A program made the translations under genes and the position numbers. From an uncultured Verrucomicrobiae bacterium (GTDB lineage: Bacteria; Verrucomicrobiota; Verrucomicrobiia; Chthoniobacterales; UBA10450), in the NCBI GenBank assembly GCA_963772365.1, contig CAVYXA010000003.1, forward strand, positions 32,001 to 96,000: a DNA stretch of 64,000 nt, in the 5' to 3' direction. This document shows, piece by piece, positions 39,539 through 48,869 of this stretch. The stretch's first letter is position 1. The number at the start of each line of letters is the position of its first letter. Under the pieces are notes generated by a model. That model had not been told where the DNA came from. It did not search any database and saw only the letters and a list, made by a program, of their open reading frames with translations.

Positions 39539-40036
39539 TTAGGCGAATTCGTGCTCCTTCTCGCGCACGATCAGCACCGGACAAGGTGCTGCGCGAGCGA
39601 CGCGTTCGGCCGTGCTCCCGATCGCAAAATGTTTCCAGCCGGTGTAACCGTGCGTGGCGATTACAATTAAATCGACATCGTGGTCTTTGGCCGCTTCGAC
39701 GATTTCGTAAGCAGGCAGACCGGTTCGAATGCCTTACTCGACGCGCTGGACTCCGGCTGTGCGGGCCGAGCTCGCCAGCTTATTCAATCGATTCGTGCAC
39801 TTCGCGTCGATCCAGTGGGAAATTGGTGGCGACGCGATCATGAAACCATCAAAAGCCTGCGGTATCTCCGGCTCGACTACGTGAAACAGATGCACCGCGG
39901 CATTAAACTCTCGCGCAAGTTTGATTGCGTACTGGAGCGCCTTTCTTGATAGCGGAGAAAAATCCACCGGCACCAGAATTCGTTTTAATGCGATTCCGGC
40001 GGCGCTCGTTCGGGACAGCGTTTCCTGCGTTTTCAT
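39539..40036 (-). CDS. Universal stress protein (frame break near 39735)
   Basis: KRILVPVDFS..HLFHVVE; downstream DVDLIVIATHGYTGWKHFAIGSTAERVARAAPCPVLIVR. Confidence 0.9.
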
Positions 40037-40192
40037 ACGGTCATTGTGCGTTTGAGTCTCGATGTCCGCTTATCCGCGCTTGCCAAATCGTATGCATTTC
40101 TTGCGGTGACGACCCCGGGCTGGCCGCAAAAAATGGTCGGTAAATCGCAAGTGCCGCAAAGTTTCTGCCTCCTGCTCGAAGATGATTGCGTC

Positions 40193-41410
40193 ATGAAGAA
40201 CAGCATCACGTCCGGCCGAGCCGGCGCATTTTCTCGAAAAAAGCTTCGATCTCAGACAAATGGGACACGAAAACAAACGCGAGCACGCGATCATATTTTT
40301 ACCCTCGGCATTGAAGAAGAATTTCAGATCGTTGATCCGAAGACGCGCGAGCTGCGGTCGCATATTCAACAGATTCTTGCTGATGGGAAAATGTTCTTGA
40401 AGGAACACGTGAAAGCCGAGATGCATCAGTCCATGGTCGAGCTCGGTACCGAAATTTGCACCGACACAGCGGAGGCGCGGCGACAAGTAACTGAGCTTCG
40501 GAGCGAGCTGGCCAGAATTGCCGAACTCGAAAGACTCAAGATTGCTTCGGCTGGCACGCATCCGTTTTCGCATTGGATGAATCAACGGATCACGGCCGAT
40601 GAACGCTACACCACCATCGTCCAGGACATGCAACAAATCGCTCGCGCGAATCTGATCTTCGGTCTGCACGTGCACGTGGGCATTCCCGACCGTGAAGAAG
40701 CGATCGACATTATGAACCAGGCGCGTTACTTCCTGCCGCACCTTTACGCGCTCTCCGTCAACTCGCCGTTTTGGTTGGGCCAGGACACAGGATTGAAGGC
40801 TTATCGGCAGATGATTTTCGAGCGTTTCCCGCGGACGGGCATTCCCGACGCGTTCGAAAGTCTCGGCGAATACGAAGACTACTTGAAGCTGCTCGTTTCG
40901 ACCAATTGCATCGACAACGCGAAGAAGATCTGGTGGGACATCCGGCTCCATCCATTTTTTGACACGATCGAGTTTCGGATTTGCGATGCCCAATCGCGAG
41001 TGAACGACACGATCGCGCTCGCGGCGGTGATGCAGGCCATCGTGGTCAAATTACACAAGCTTCGTCGGCAGAACGTCACCTTCCGCAATTACCCTCGACG
41101 GCTAATCGATGAGAACCGGTGGCGAGCCGGGCGTTACGGTCTCGATGGCAAACTGATCGATTTCGGACGCAAATGCGAAATGGACGAGCGCGAACTGCTG
41201 CACGAGATGCTCGAGTTTATTGCATTGGAGGTGGATGAGCTCGGCACCTGCTCCGAGATGGCGCACATCGAACGGATCATGCGCGAAGGCACCGGAGCCG
41301 ATCGGCAATTAGCGGTCTGGAAAAAGACACACGACGTGAGGGCGGTGGTCGATCATATCGTAGGCGAGACCTACCAAGGGCTACAACTGACGGCAGCGAA
41401 ACCTGCCTAG
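40193..41410 (+). CDS. ybdK: Carboxylate-amine ligase, YbdK/GCS2 family (paralogue 2)
   Basis: FTLGIEEEFQ, FGLHVHVG, NSPFW, IWWDIRLHP, EFRICD; colinear with 22480-23598. Confidence 0.9.
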   Translation: MKNSITSGRAGAFSRKKLRSQTNGTRKQTRARDHIFTLGIEEEFQIVDPKTRELRSHIQQILADGKMFLKEHVKAEMHQSMVELGTEICTDTAEARRQVTELRSELARIAELERLKIASAGTHPFSHWMNQRITADERYTTIVQDMQQIARANLIFGLHVHVGIPDREEAIDIMNQARYFLPHLYALSVNSPFWLGQDTGLKAYRQMIFERFPRTGIPDAFESLGEYEDYLKLLVSTNCIDNAKKIWWDIRLHPFFDTIEFRICDAQSRVNDTIALAAVMQAIVVKLHKLRRQNVTFRNYPRRLIDENRWRAGRYGLDGKLIDFGRKCEMDERELLHEMLEFIALEVDELGTCSEMAHIERIMREGTGADRQLAVWKKTHDVRAVVDHIVGETYQGLQLTAAKPA

Positions 41411-41467
41411 CCGGGCGCTCCCGCGAGTTGCCCGGCGTCGACTTCCACGCCAAAATGACGACTTTCC

Positions 41468-42487
41468 ATGCCCGATAAGATCTACCTCCATCCGATCGAT
41501 CCGGAGTTGATGCCCGGAGCGCGCAACGCAGTCGAAGTGTGTCTTCGATTAAAACCAGAGGAACGGATGACTATCATTACCGACACTTTCACCCGCGAAA
41601 TTGCAGCGGCTCTACAGAAGGAAGTCGAGCGGATTGGGTCGGACTACAGTCTCTTTGTGCTTGAACATCATGCTCGACGGCCGTTGCAATTCATGCCGGA
41701 AAATATCCTCGACGATCTAGCGCTGTCCCAAGTGTCGATCTTCGCCGCACAAAGCCAGGTGGGCGAGCTGATCGCGCGCACGCAAATGACCGCCGTAGTG
41801 AACCATCACCACATTCGCCACGGTCACATGGTCAACATCAACCGCGAGATCATGCTCGAAGGAATGCGCGCGGATTTTCATGAAGTCGATTCTTTGAGTC
41901 AGCGTTTGGTCGAACGCGCTCGACAGGCTGGGAAGATTACCTGCAAAACCCCGCACGGCACAGAATTCGAAGCGGAGCTTTCTCCGAAACTAAAATGGCT
42001 CAAGACCAGCGGGATCATTCAAAAAGACAAATGGGGCAATCTTCCCGGGGGCGAAATTTTCACCGCTCCTATGAATACCAACGGCACATTCGTAGTGGAT
42101 GGCGTGGTGGGAGATTACCTTTGCGAGCGCTACGGCGATTTACAGGAGAGCCCGTTGACGATCGAGGTCGAAGACAATCGGATTGTCGATCTTCGCTCGG
42201 AGAACAAGGACCTGCGCGACGATTTTCGCGCCTACACCAGCACGGATGAAAACAGTAATCGCGTGGGCGAATTTGCCATCGGCACGAACATCGCCTGCAC
42301 TCATGTCATCGGACACATTTTGCAGGACGAAAAGATTCCCGGCGTCCACATCGCCTTTGGACATCCCTATGCCGAGCACACCGGCGCAAATTGGGCTTCC
42401 AAGACCCACATCGATTGCGTAGGTCGCGATTTCGACATCTGGTTCGATGGCGAGAAGGTGATGGAGCACGGAAAATTTTTGCTGTAA
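41468..42487 (+). CDS. Aminopeptidase, M29/AmpS-like family
   Basis: NLPGGEIFTAP, GEFAIGTN, QDEKIPGVHIAFG, THIDCV. Confidence 0.85.
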   Translation: MPDKIYLHPIDPELMPGARNAVEVCLRLKPEERMTIITDTFTREIAAALQKEVERIGSDYSLFVLEHHARRPLQFMPENILDDLALSQVSIFAAQSQVGELIARTQMTAVVNHHHIRHGHMVNINREIMLEGMRADFHEVDSLSQRLVERARQAGKITCKTPHGTEFEAELSPKLKWLKTSGIIQKDKWGNLPGGEIFTAPMNTNGTFVVDGVVGDYLCERYGDLQESPLTIEVEDNRIVDLRSENKDLRDDFRAYTSTDENSNRVGEFAIGTNIACTHVIGHILQDEKIPGVHIAFGHPYAEHTGANWASKTHIDCVGRDFDIWFDGEKVMEHGKFLL

Positions 42488-42496
42488 GATCGACAT

Positions 42497-42715
42497 ATGA
42501 TTGGTGATGTTCGTCAGCGACTCGACAAGGTGCCGTTTGAACCGTTCGCAATCCGATCGTCTGACGGGCGCGAGTATCCTGTTTCCACTCGAGGTCACGC
42601 GCATATTTCACCACGCGGGGATCGTATCGTGGTTTTTCTGGACGAAGGCCCGGCCATTACTCTCGGCCCGGTGCATGTGAACAGCATCGTTGACCTGAGG
42701 CAAACCGCCGAGTAG
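42497..42715 (+). CDS. Small hypothetical protein
   Basis: 72 aa in operon position; PFEPFAIRSSDGREYPV. Confidence 0.65.
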   Translation: MIGDVRQRLDKVPFEPFAIRSSDGREYPVSTRGHAHISPRGDRIVVFLDEGPAITLGPVHVNSIVDLRQTAE

Positions 42716-42724
42716 CGCGGCGTT

Positions 42725-43915
42725 GTGGATCCGAAACTCCGCGCACAGTTCAATGCCGATTTCACGCCTGAGAAGTATGCCGCTCTCGTGCGCTGTATTA
42801 ATGAAGCGGAGAAATGGCCGGCCGATTTTCGCATCTCGGAAACGCCGATCTTCTTGACTCGCGAGTTCACTGACGAACTTGTGCGGGCGGCCAAGGAGAT
42901 TGTCGATCTTACCCGGACAGAGAAATTCCAGAAGCACTCGGCCAACGCGATCCCGAAGGAATTGGAAGTGCCAAACGAATCGGCGCACCCGAATTTTCTC
43001 GTGGTCGACTTCGGGATTTGCGCCGAGGACGGGCGATTAGTGCCGCGCCTGATCGAGCTCCAGGCATTTCCCAGTTTGTTCGGCTTCCAATTGCTGGTGC
43101 TTCACTGCCTGCGAAAAACATTTCCCATCATTCCGCGAAATTGGACGTCCTCGTTCGGCGGAATCAAAGATGACGACTATCTCGCATTGCAGCGTCGAAC
43201 AATTTTGGGGGATGTCGATCCGAGAAGCGTCATTCTGCTCGAGATTGAACCCGACAAACAAAAAACCAGGATCGATTTCGCCGCGACGGAACGAATATTG
43301 GGAATCCGTCCAGTTTGTGTGACGAAAGTCAAAAAGCGCGGACGCGAATTATTTTATGATCGCGATGGACGCGAGACACGGATCGAGCGCATTTATAATC
43401 GCGTCATCTTCGACGAACTGATTCGCCGACCCGATCTCGATCTTCCATTCCGATTCCAGAATGATCTCGATGTTGTTTGGGTTGGACATCCGAATTGGTA
43501 CTTTCGCATCAGCAAGCATTCTCTGCCGTTTTTGAAAACCGAATACACGTCCCCGGCATTTTTCGCCGACGACTTTCCACGAAGTGAGAAGATCGGCAAT
43601 TACGTGTTGAAACCGCTTTATTCATTCGCAGGTCTAGGCGTGGATATGGAACCGACCCGCGAAAAAATCGCCGCTTTGGAAAAACCGCGGGAATGGATTT
43701 TGCAAAAGAAAGTCGAATACGCCGCATTTGTTCCCACGGTCGATGGAAACAAATCGAAGGCGGAGATCCGGATGATGTTTCTCTGGCCGGAAGAAGATCG
43801 AGATCCGATATTGGTGAATAATCTCGTCCGGATGAGTCAGGGGAAAATGATGGGAGTCGATTTCAATAAGGACAAGACCTGGGTCGGCTCGTCCATCGCC
43901 TTGCACGAGACTTAA
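42725..43915 (+). CDS. Circularly permuted ATP-grasp-like (glutathionylspermidine-synthase-like) protein
   Basis: VDFGI, LIELQAFPS, RIYNRVIFDE, HPNWYFRISK, VLKPLYSFAG.GV, ILQKKV, EIRMM. Confidence 0.65.
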   Translation: MDPKLRAQFNADFTPEKYAALVRCINEAEKWPADFRISETPIFLTREFTDELVRAAKEIVDLTRTEKFQKHSANAIPKELEVPNESAHPNFLVVDFGICAEDGRLVPRLIELQAFPSLFGFQLLVLHCLRKTFPIIPRNWTSSFGGIKDDDYLALQRRTILGDVDPRSVILLEIEPDKQKTRIDFAATERILGIRPVCVTKVKKRGRELFYDRDGRETRIERIYNRVIFDELIRRPDLDLPFRFQNDLDVVWVGHPNWYFRISKHSLPFLKTEYTSPAFFADDFPRSEKIGNYVLKPLYSFAGLGVDMEPTREKIAALEKPREWILQKKVEYAAFVPTVDGNKSKAEIRMMFLWPEEDRDPILVNNLVRMSQGKMMGVDFNKDKTWVGSSIALHET

Positions 43916-43930
43916 TCGAGGGGAACGGAC

Positions 43931-45113
43931 TTACTTGAGTTCGTCGTTAACCTCGGCAAAGGCTTTAACCGCGAATTTCAGATCTTTCCTCGAATGCGCT
44001 GCACTGACTTGAGTACCGAACCCGGGCCGTCCCGTGAGGCACGACCGGGTAAAAGAAGCCGATCACGTAAACCCCTTTGTCTAGCATCCTCGCGGCGAAT
44101 TTTTGTGACTTCGCTGCATCGCCGATCATGATCGGCACGATCGGATGCGTGCCGGGTTTGATCGTTAGGCCGCGTTCGATAAGAGCCGCTCGAAAGTATT
44201 TTGTATTCTCTTCGAGTTTATCCCGCAGCTCAGTCGAGTCGCTGAGTAATTCCAGCGCTTTTAACGAAGCCGCCACGATGTGCGGCGCAATGCTGTTCGA
44301 AAACAAATACGGACGCGATCGTTGGCGTAAAAGATCGACAATCTCTTTGCGACCGCTGGTGAATCCGCCGCTCGCGCCGCCGAGCGCTTTGCCGAGCGTG
44401 CCGGTGATAATGTCGATCTTACCCATTACGCCGCGATACTCGTGCGTGCCGCGTCCGGTGTTTCCGAGAAATCCGGTGGCATGCGCGTCATCGATCATCG
44501 TGAGCGCGTCGTATTTTTGGGCAAGATCGACAATCGCTTCGAGGTTCGCGATCGTTCCGTCCATTGAGAAACAGCCATCGGTTGCGACCAATCGGAACCG
44601 CGCATCTTTTGCTGCGAGCAATTGCGCTTCGAGATCGGCCGTGTCGTTGTGCTTGTAACGGAACCGCTGCGCCTTGCAGAGCCGGATGCCGTCGATAATC
44701 GATGCGTGGTTTAATTCATCGCTGATGATTGCGTCCTTTTCAGTGAGGAGGGTCTCGAAAAGGCCGCCATTCGCGTCGAAGCACGACGGATAAAGAATAG
44801 TTGCCTCTGTCCCGAGAAATTTCGTGAGGGCATCTTCTAGCTGCTTGTGAATGTCTTGAGTGCCACAGATGAAACGAACACTGGCCATGCCGAAGCCGTG
44901 GGTATCGAGCGCTTCTTTTGCCGCGGCGATCAATGCAGGATGATCGGCCAGCCCAAGATAATTGTTAGCGCACATGTTGAGGACGCGCTGGCCGCCAGTA
45001 ATCGCGATGTGTGCATCCTGCGGACTGGTGATAATCCGCTCGGTTTTGAACAGGCCTTGCGCCTTAATTTCTTCAAGCGTTTGCGAAACCTGCTTTTCGA
45101 ATTGCGCCATCAT
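43931..45113 (-). CDS. kbl: Glycine C-acetyltransferase (2-amino-3-ketobutyrate CoA ligase); 3' frame break
   Basis: [56 protein letters not shown] restored by one indel. Confidence 0.95.
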
Positions 45114-45218
45114 AATGACGGCAGGTTACGCGGAAGGGGTGCGCCTTGCGAAAAAATTCTCCGCAAAAAACGCTTGCGACGTGATGTGAATAACTGTTAA
45201 TAACTCCGTCGATCAGCT

Positions 45219-45890
45219 TTGCTCCCCCAGAACACAGCCTTAGCCCTGATTGCAATCGCGGCGCTGTTGCTCAGTGCCTGCGGAACGACCCAGCGCGCTC
45301 TGCCGCCATACGAAACTCCCGTGGCCAGAGCAGATTTTGAAAGCGTGCGCACGACTGCCTACACGCACACTGAATCGGATCATCGGGAATTCACCAATCA
45401 CAATGCGCTGGGCGGCGTGCTTCATGCCGCGGTGCCTGCGATTCGGCGGGCGGAGAATGTCGCTCGTGCAATTTCGGTTTCGGATACAGCGCCTTTGCAG
45501 CCTTTTTCGTTAGAGCGGGTGGAGTCGGAGCGAATAACAACATCGACAAAAACGTACCGGTTGGGACGATCGACAATCTGCGGCAGTGCCGCAGCCGATT
45601 GGTCGCGCTGGCCGGCTGGCACGGTCTTTCGGCTCCTTTCAACCGGTCAAGTATATCGCGTGGACGATTACGGCTGGGCGCTCGCCGGGCGAAATACAAT
45701 CGATCTCTACATGGCTAATGTACGTGACATGAACAATTGGGGTGCGCGGCAGGAGTCGATCGAGATTTTGCAATGGGGCAATCCACAGGAAAGCCTTCGT
45801 TTGTTATCGGCGCACACGAACTATAAACATATCAGGCGAATGGTTCTCGAATTGGAAGGCCGCGATCGAGAAGCGGCCGCGTTACGCTAA
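45219..45890 (+). CDS. 3D-domain (lytic transglycosylase-like) lipoprotein
   Basis: LLSAC lipobox; RTTAY, AADWSRWP.GT, VDDYG, TIDLY. Confidence 0.78.
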   Translation: MLPQNTALALIAIAALLLSACGTTQRALPPYETPVARADFESVRTTAYTHTESDHREFTNHNALGGVLHAAVPAIRRAENVARAISVSDTAPLQPFSLERVESERITTSTKTYRLGRSTICGSAAADWSRWPAGTVFRLLSTGQVYRVDDYGWALAGRNTIDLYMANVRDMNNWGARQESIEILQWGNPQESLRLLSAHTNYKHIRRMVLELEGRDREAAALR

Positions 45891-45923
45891 ACCAGAAATT
45901 TCGGGCGCTGGCTTCGGACCCTT

Positions 45924-46289
45924 CTACTGGATCGTGCGCGTCACTATCACGGAAGCATGCTGAGCATTCGGCAGAACGAACTTGCGCAGCTCGATTCGGA
46001 CTTGTCGAACCGGGAAATTTTTTAGGAGATGTCCGGCCAATCCTGACGCCAGAGTCTCGATGAGCTTGTCGATGCGTTTATCAACGTAATCCCTGGCAGT
46101 GGCGCACACGGCTGAATAATCAACGGTGCGATGAATTTCATCGCGTAAGCTTTCGAAGTCCACAGCTGGCCAAAGAGTGATGGATACTGTGAGTCGCTGT
46201 GGTTCCGACCGTTCACTGTCGGTGACTCCTAGGCGGGCGAAGAGTTCGAGCTGCTCAATGTGAATGGCGTCCCTCTCGTTGTCTTGCAC
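45924..46289 (-). CDS. folB: Dihydroneopterin aldolase
   Basis: IHIEQLEL..RLGV..ER..PQ, TVDYS, KLIETLA, IELRK. Confidence 0.9.
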   Translation of the reverse strand: MQDNERDAIHIEQLELFARLGVTDSERSEPQRLTVSITLWPAVDFESLRDEIHRTVDYSAVCATARDYVDKRIDKLIETLASGLAGHLLKNFPVRQVRIELRKFVLPNAQHASVIVTRTIQ

Positions 46290-46331
46290 ATTGTAGGAGT
46301 TGCACGCGCCATTTATTTGGCAACTCGCAAA

Positions 46332-46417
46332 AGGTGGAACGCGATCTCCGAGCGCGTGGTATTGAATGTGGCTTCGCCGATTGACATCGCATCCCTTTCG
46401 GAGAAATCGATCCGCCC
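46332..46417 (+). repeat. Repeat family B, copy 2
   Basis: AGGTGGAACGCGATCTCCGAGCGCGT..GGCTTCGCC..TTTCGGAGAAATCGATCCGCCC. Confidence 0.65.
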
Positions 46418-46474
46418 GCCAAAAACTTATTGCCGCTTTCCAACGCTGATTGCTGTGGCATTGTCTATACAGCG

Positions 46475-46768
46475 ATGAAACCGACGTTTCACTCCGCTCC
46501 CGGGAAACGGCGATTCCCGCAGACCGATTATAGTTTTCACTCTGGAATGGGCGACTGGCGCGGTTATTCGTCGCACGATGACGATGAACGCTCCGAGTTC
46601 CGGCACTTCCACAGCCTGAGCCGAGAACTGATGATGGTCTGCGCCCGCGAACGAGCACGGGAAATGGCAGTGTTCGGTCTGGTCGTCCTGGCCGCGGCCT
46701 GGCCGGTGATGTATATGATCGTCACGGTGGTGAAGCTTCTTCTCAAAGGTCACCCGCTCGACCAATAA
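46475..46768 (+). CDS. Small hypothetical membrane protein
   Basis: 97 aa with a C-terminal hydrophobic helix, upstream of ispG. Confidence 0.5.
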   Translation: MKPTFHSAPGKRRFPQTDYSFHSGMGDWRGYSSHDDDERSEFRHFHSLSRELMMVCARERAREMAVFGLVVLAAAWPVMYMIVTVVKLLLKGHPLDQ

Positions 46769-46821
46769 CGCCGGGAATAGCCAGGTTGCCGCCCTCGTTG
46801 CGGGCGGGTATTGTGAATCGA

Positions 46822-48603
46822 ATGCAGTCGTTTTGCAAAAATCCCCTGGTTTACGAGCGCCGCAAGACGCGTGAAGTGAAGGTGGGCAACGTCGGAATCG
46901 GCGGTGACAACCCGATTCGCGTCCAGTCGATGATCACCTGCGACACGATGGATACTGAGATGTCGATCCAGCAAACTATCGAGCTCGCCAATGTCGGTTG
47001 TGAAATTGTTCGAATCACTGCGCCCACGGTGAAAGATGCGCGGAACCTCGAAAACATCGTGAAGGGTTTGCGCGAGCGCGGATGTGACGTGCCCATCGTA
47101 GCCGATATCCATTTTAAACCGGAAGCGGCAATGGAAGCAGCCAAATGGGTCGAGAAAGTGCGAATCAATCCCGGTAATTACGCCGACTCGAAAAAGTTCG
47201 TCATTCGCGAATACACCGACGAGCAATACACAGCGGAGCTAAATCGAATCCGCGAGCGGTTCACGCCACTGGTGGATCTTTGTAAACAGCGTGGGATCGC
47301 GATGCGAATCGGCACAAACCACGGATCATTGTCGGACCGAATTCTCAACCGCTACGGCGATACGCCTCTTGGAATGGTGGAGAGCGCCCTCGAATTCGCC
47401 CGGATCGCGCGTGATCTCGATTATCACGATTTCGTTTTCTCAATGAAAGCGAGTAACCCGAAGGTGATGATCGAAGCGTATCGTTTACTCGTTGCCCGAC
47501 TGAACGAGCTCGGGCCGGATTGGAATTACCCAGTCCACCTCGGTGTAACTGAAGCTGGTGAGGGGGAAGACGCGCGGATCAAAAGCGCGATCGGGATTGG
47601 CTCGCTGCTCGCAGATGGCATTGGCGATACGATTCGTGTGTCATTGACGGAGGACAGTCCCCACGAGATCCCGGTGGCCAAGGCGCTGGTTGCAATGGTT
47701 CAGAAGAAAGCGCCGAACACCGAACGTCCAACGCCTGATCTGGAACTTTCATTCGACCCGTTTTCTTATCAGCGCCGTTCCACCGAGGCTATCGAGCGCA
47801 ACGGGGTAAAACTTGGGGGAGAGGAACTGGTACGTGTCGTTGTGCGGCAGGCGAACTATGACAAGGTCGCGCACAAGATCGACAAGATGGGCGATTACGT
47901 GCCGGAGATCGTTTACGAAAACGCGAGGATCGTTGAAGTCGATCCGCGCGATGACGCGGCCTTCGATCAATTAAATCAGGATCAACAAACGCAACTGATA
48001 ACGGTGCGGGACGATGTCGATCTCCCGGTCATTTCAGCGTTTCGATTATTGGCGGCGAAGCTGGAACCGCGGCATCCAATCTTGCTGAAGGATGAAGGAA
48101 GAAGGATGAGCGATGACAGCAGGGACTTTCTCGAAACGCTATTAATTGCATCGACAAACATCGGTTCACTACTTTGCGATGGAATTGGCGATGCTATCCT
48201 GGTCCAGGGCGAAGAGGCGCCGGGCCAGGCATTGCGTTTGTCCTACAACATTTTGCAGGCGGCAGGCACGCGAATTTTCAAAACCGATTACGTGGCTTGT
48301 CCATCCTGCGGCCGGACACTTTTTAACCTGCAAACGACAACGGCGAAAATCAAAGCGGCCACAGAACATCTCAAAGGCGTCAAGATTGCCATCATGGGCT
48401 GTATCGTGAATGGACCCGGAGAAATGGCCGATGCCGATTTCGGCTACGTCGGGGGCGCGCCTGGGAAAGTGAATCTCTACGTCGGTAAAACCGCGGTAAA
48501 ATTCAATATTCCCGAAGGAGAAGCCGTGGACCGGCTGAAAGATTTGATTCGCGAACACGGGAAATGGGTTGAGCCTGCCGAGGCCGCCGCAGCCGTGGCA
48601 TGA
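46822..48603 (+). CDS. ispG: (E)-4-hydroxy-3-methylbut-2-enyl diphosphate synthase (long form with inserted domain)
   Basis: IRVQSM, VADIHF, RINPGN, RIGTNHGSLS, HLGVTEAG, GDTIRVSL, CPSCGR, MGCIVNGPGE. Confidence 0.97.
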   Translation: MQSFCKNPLVYERRKTREVKVGNVGIGGDNPIRVQSMITCDTMDTEMSIQQTIELANVGCEIVRITAPTVKDARNLENIVKGLRERGCDVPIVADIHFKPEAAMEAAKWVEKVRINPGNYADSKKFVIREYTDEQYTAELNRIRERFTPLVDLCKQRGIAMRIGTNHGSLSDRILNRYGDTPLGMVESALEFARIARDLDYHDFVFSMKASNPKVMIEAYRLLVARLNELGPDWNYPVHLGVTEAGEGEDARIKSAIGIGSLLADGIGDTIRVSLTEDSPHEIPVAKALVAMVQKKAPNTERPTPDLELSFDPFSYQRRSTEAIERNGVKLGGEELVRVVVRQANYDKVAHKIDKMGDYVPEIVYENARIVEVDPRDDAAFDQLNQDQQTQLITVRDDVDLPVISAFRLLAAKLEPRHPILLKDEGRRMSDDSRDFLETLLIASTNIGSLLCDGIGDAILVQGEEAPGQALRLSYNILQAAGTRIFKTDYVACPSCGRTLFNLQTTTAKIKAATEHLKGVKIAIMGCIVNGPGEMADADFGYVGGAPGKVNLYVGKTAVKFNIPEGEAVDRLKDLIREHGKWVEPAEAAAAVA

Positions 48604-48605
48604 GT

Positions 48606-48746
48606 CTCGGCTCGCTCGGCAAGAAGCTTGGCGCCTGCGGCGCATTATTTGCCAACGCGCCCGGAGGTCGCGTTCTACCAAGGTGGATCGTGATCTCCGA
48701 GCACGATGTTAAACCAATGGCGTAGCCGCATTCTTCACATCGAGCC
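48606..48746. repeat. Repeat family B, two degenerate back-to-back copies
   Basis: Minus copy GGTAGAACGCGACCTCCGGGCGCGTTGGC.. and plus copy AGGTGGATCGTGATCTCCGAGCACGATG..GGCGTAGCCGC. Confidence 0.6.
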
Positions 48747-48869
48747 AAAAGTCCGCGCCTCGGCTTGACGCGACGACTAACCTGATCGAAGTTTATGTCC
48801 TCAATTCCCCAGGACGAACTGCTCGACGCGGCGAGTTCGTCGGTAGTTTTTCAGGTACGCACTCTTTAC

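Noticed and set aside
23600..40190. Calling the respiratory island a mobile element
   Set aside because: No integrase, transposase, tRNA target or terminal direct repeats are visible
45924..46658. Extended N-termini in the ORF track for folB, truB, the esterase and the nine-heme cytochrome
   Set aside because: The extensions run through repeats or upstream genes; downstream starts fit family lengths and gene overlaps better
46822..48603. Extra internal domain in IspG
   Set aside because: Long three-domain IspG forms are already known; useful only as a taxonomic hint
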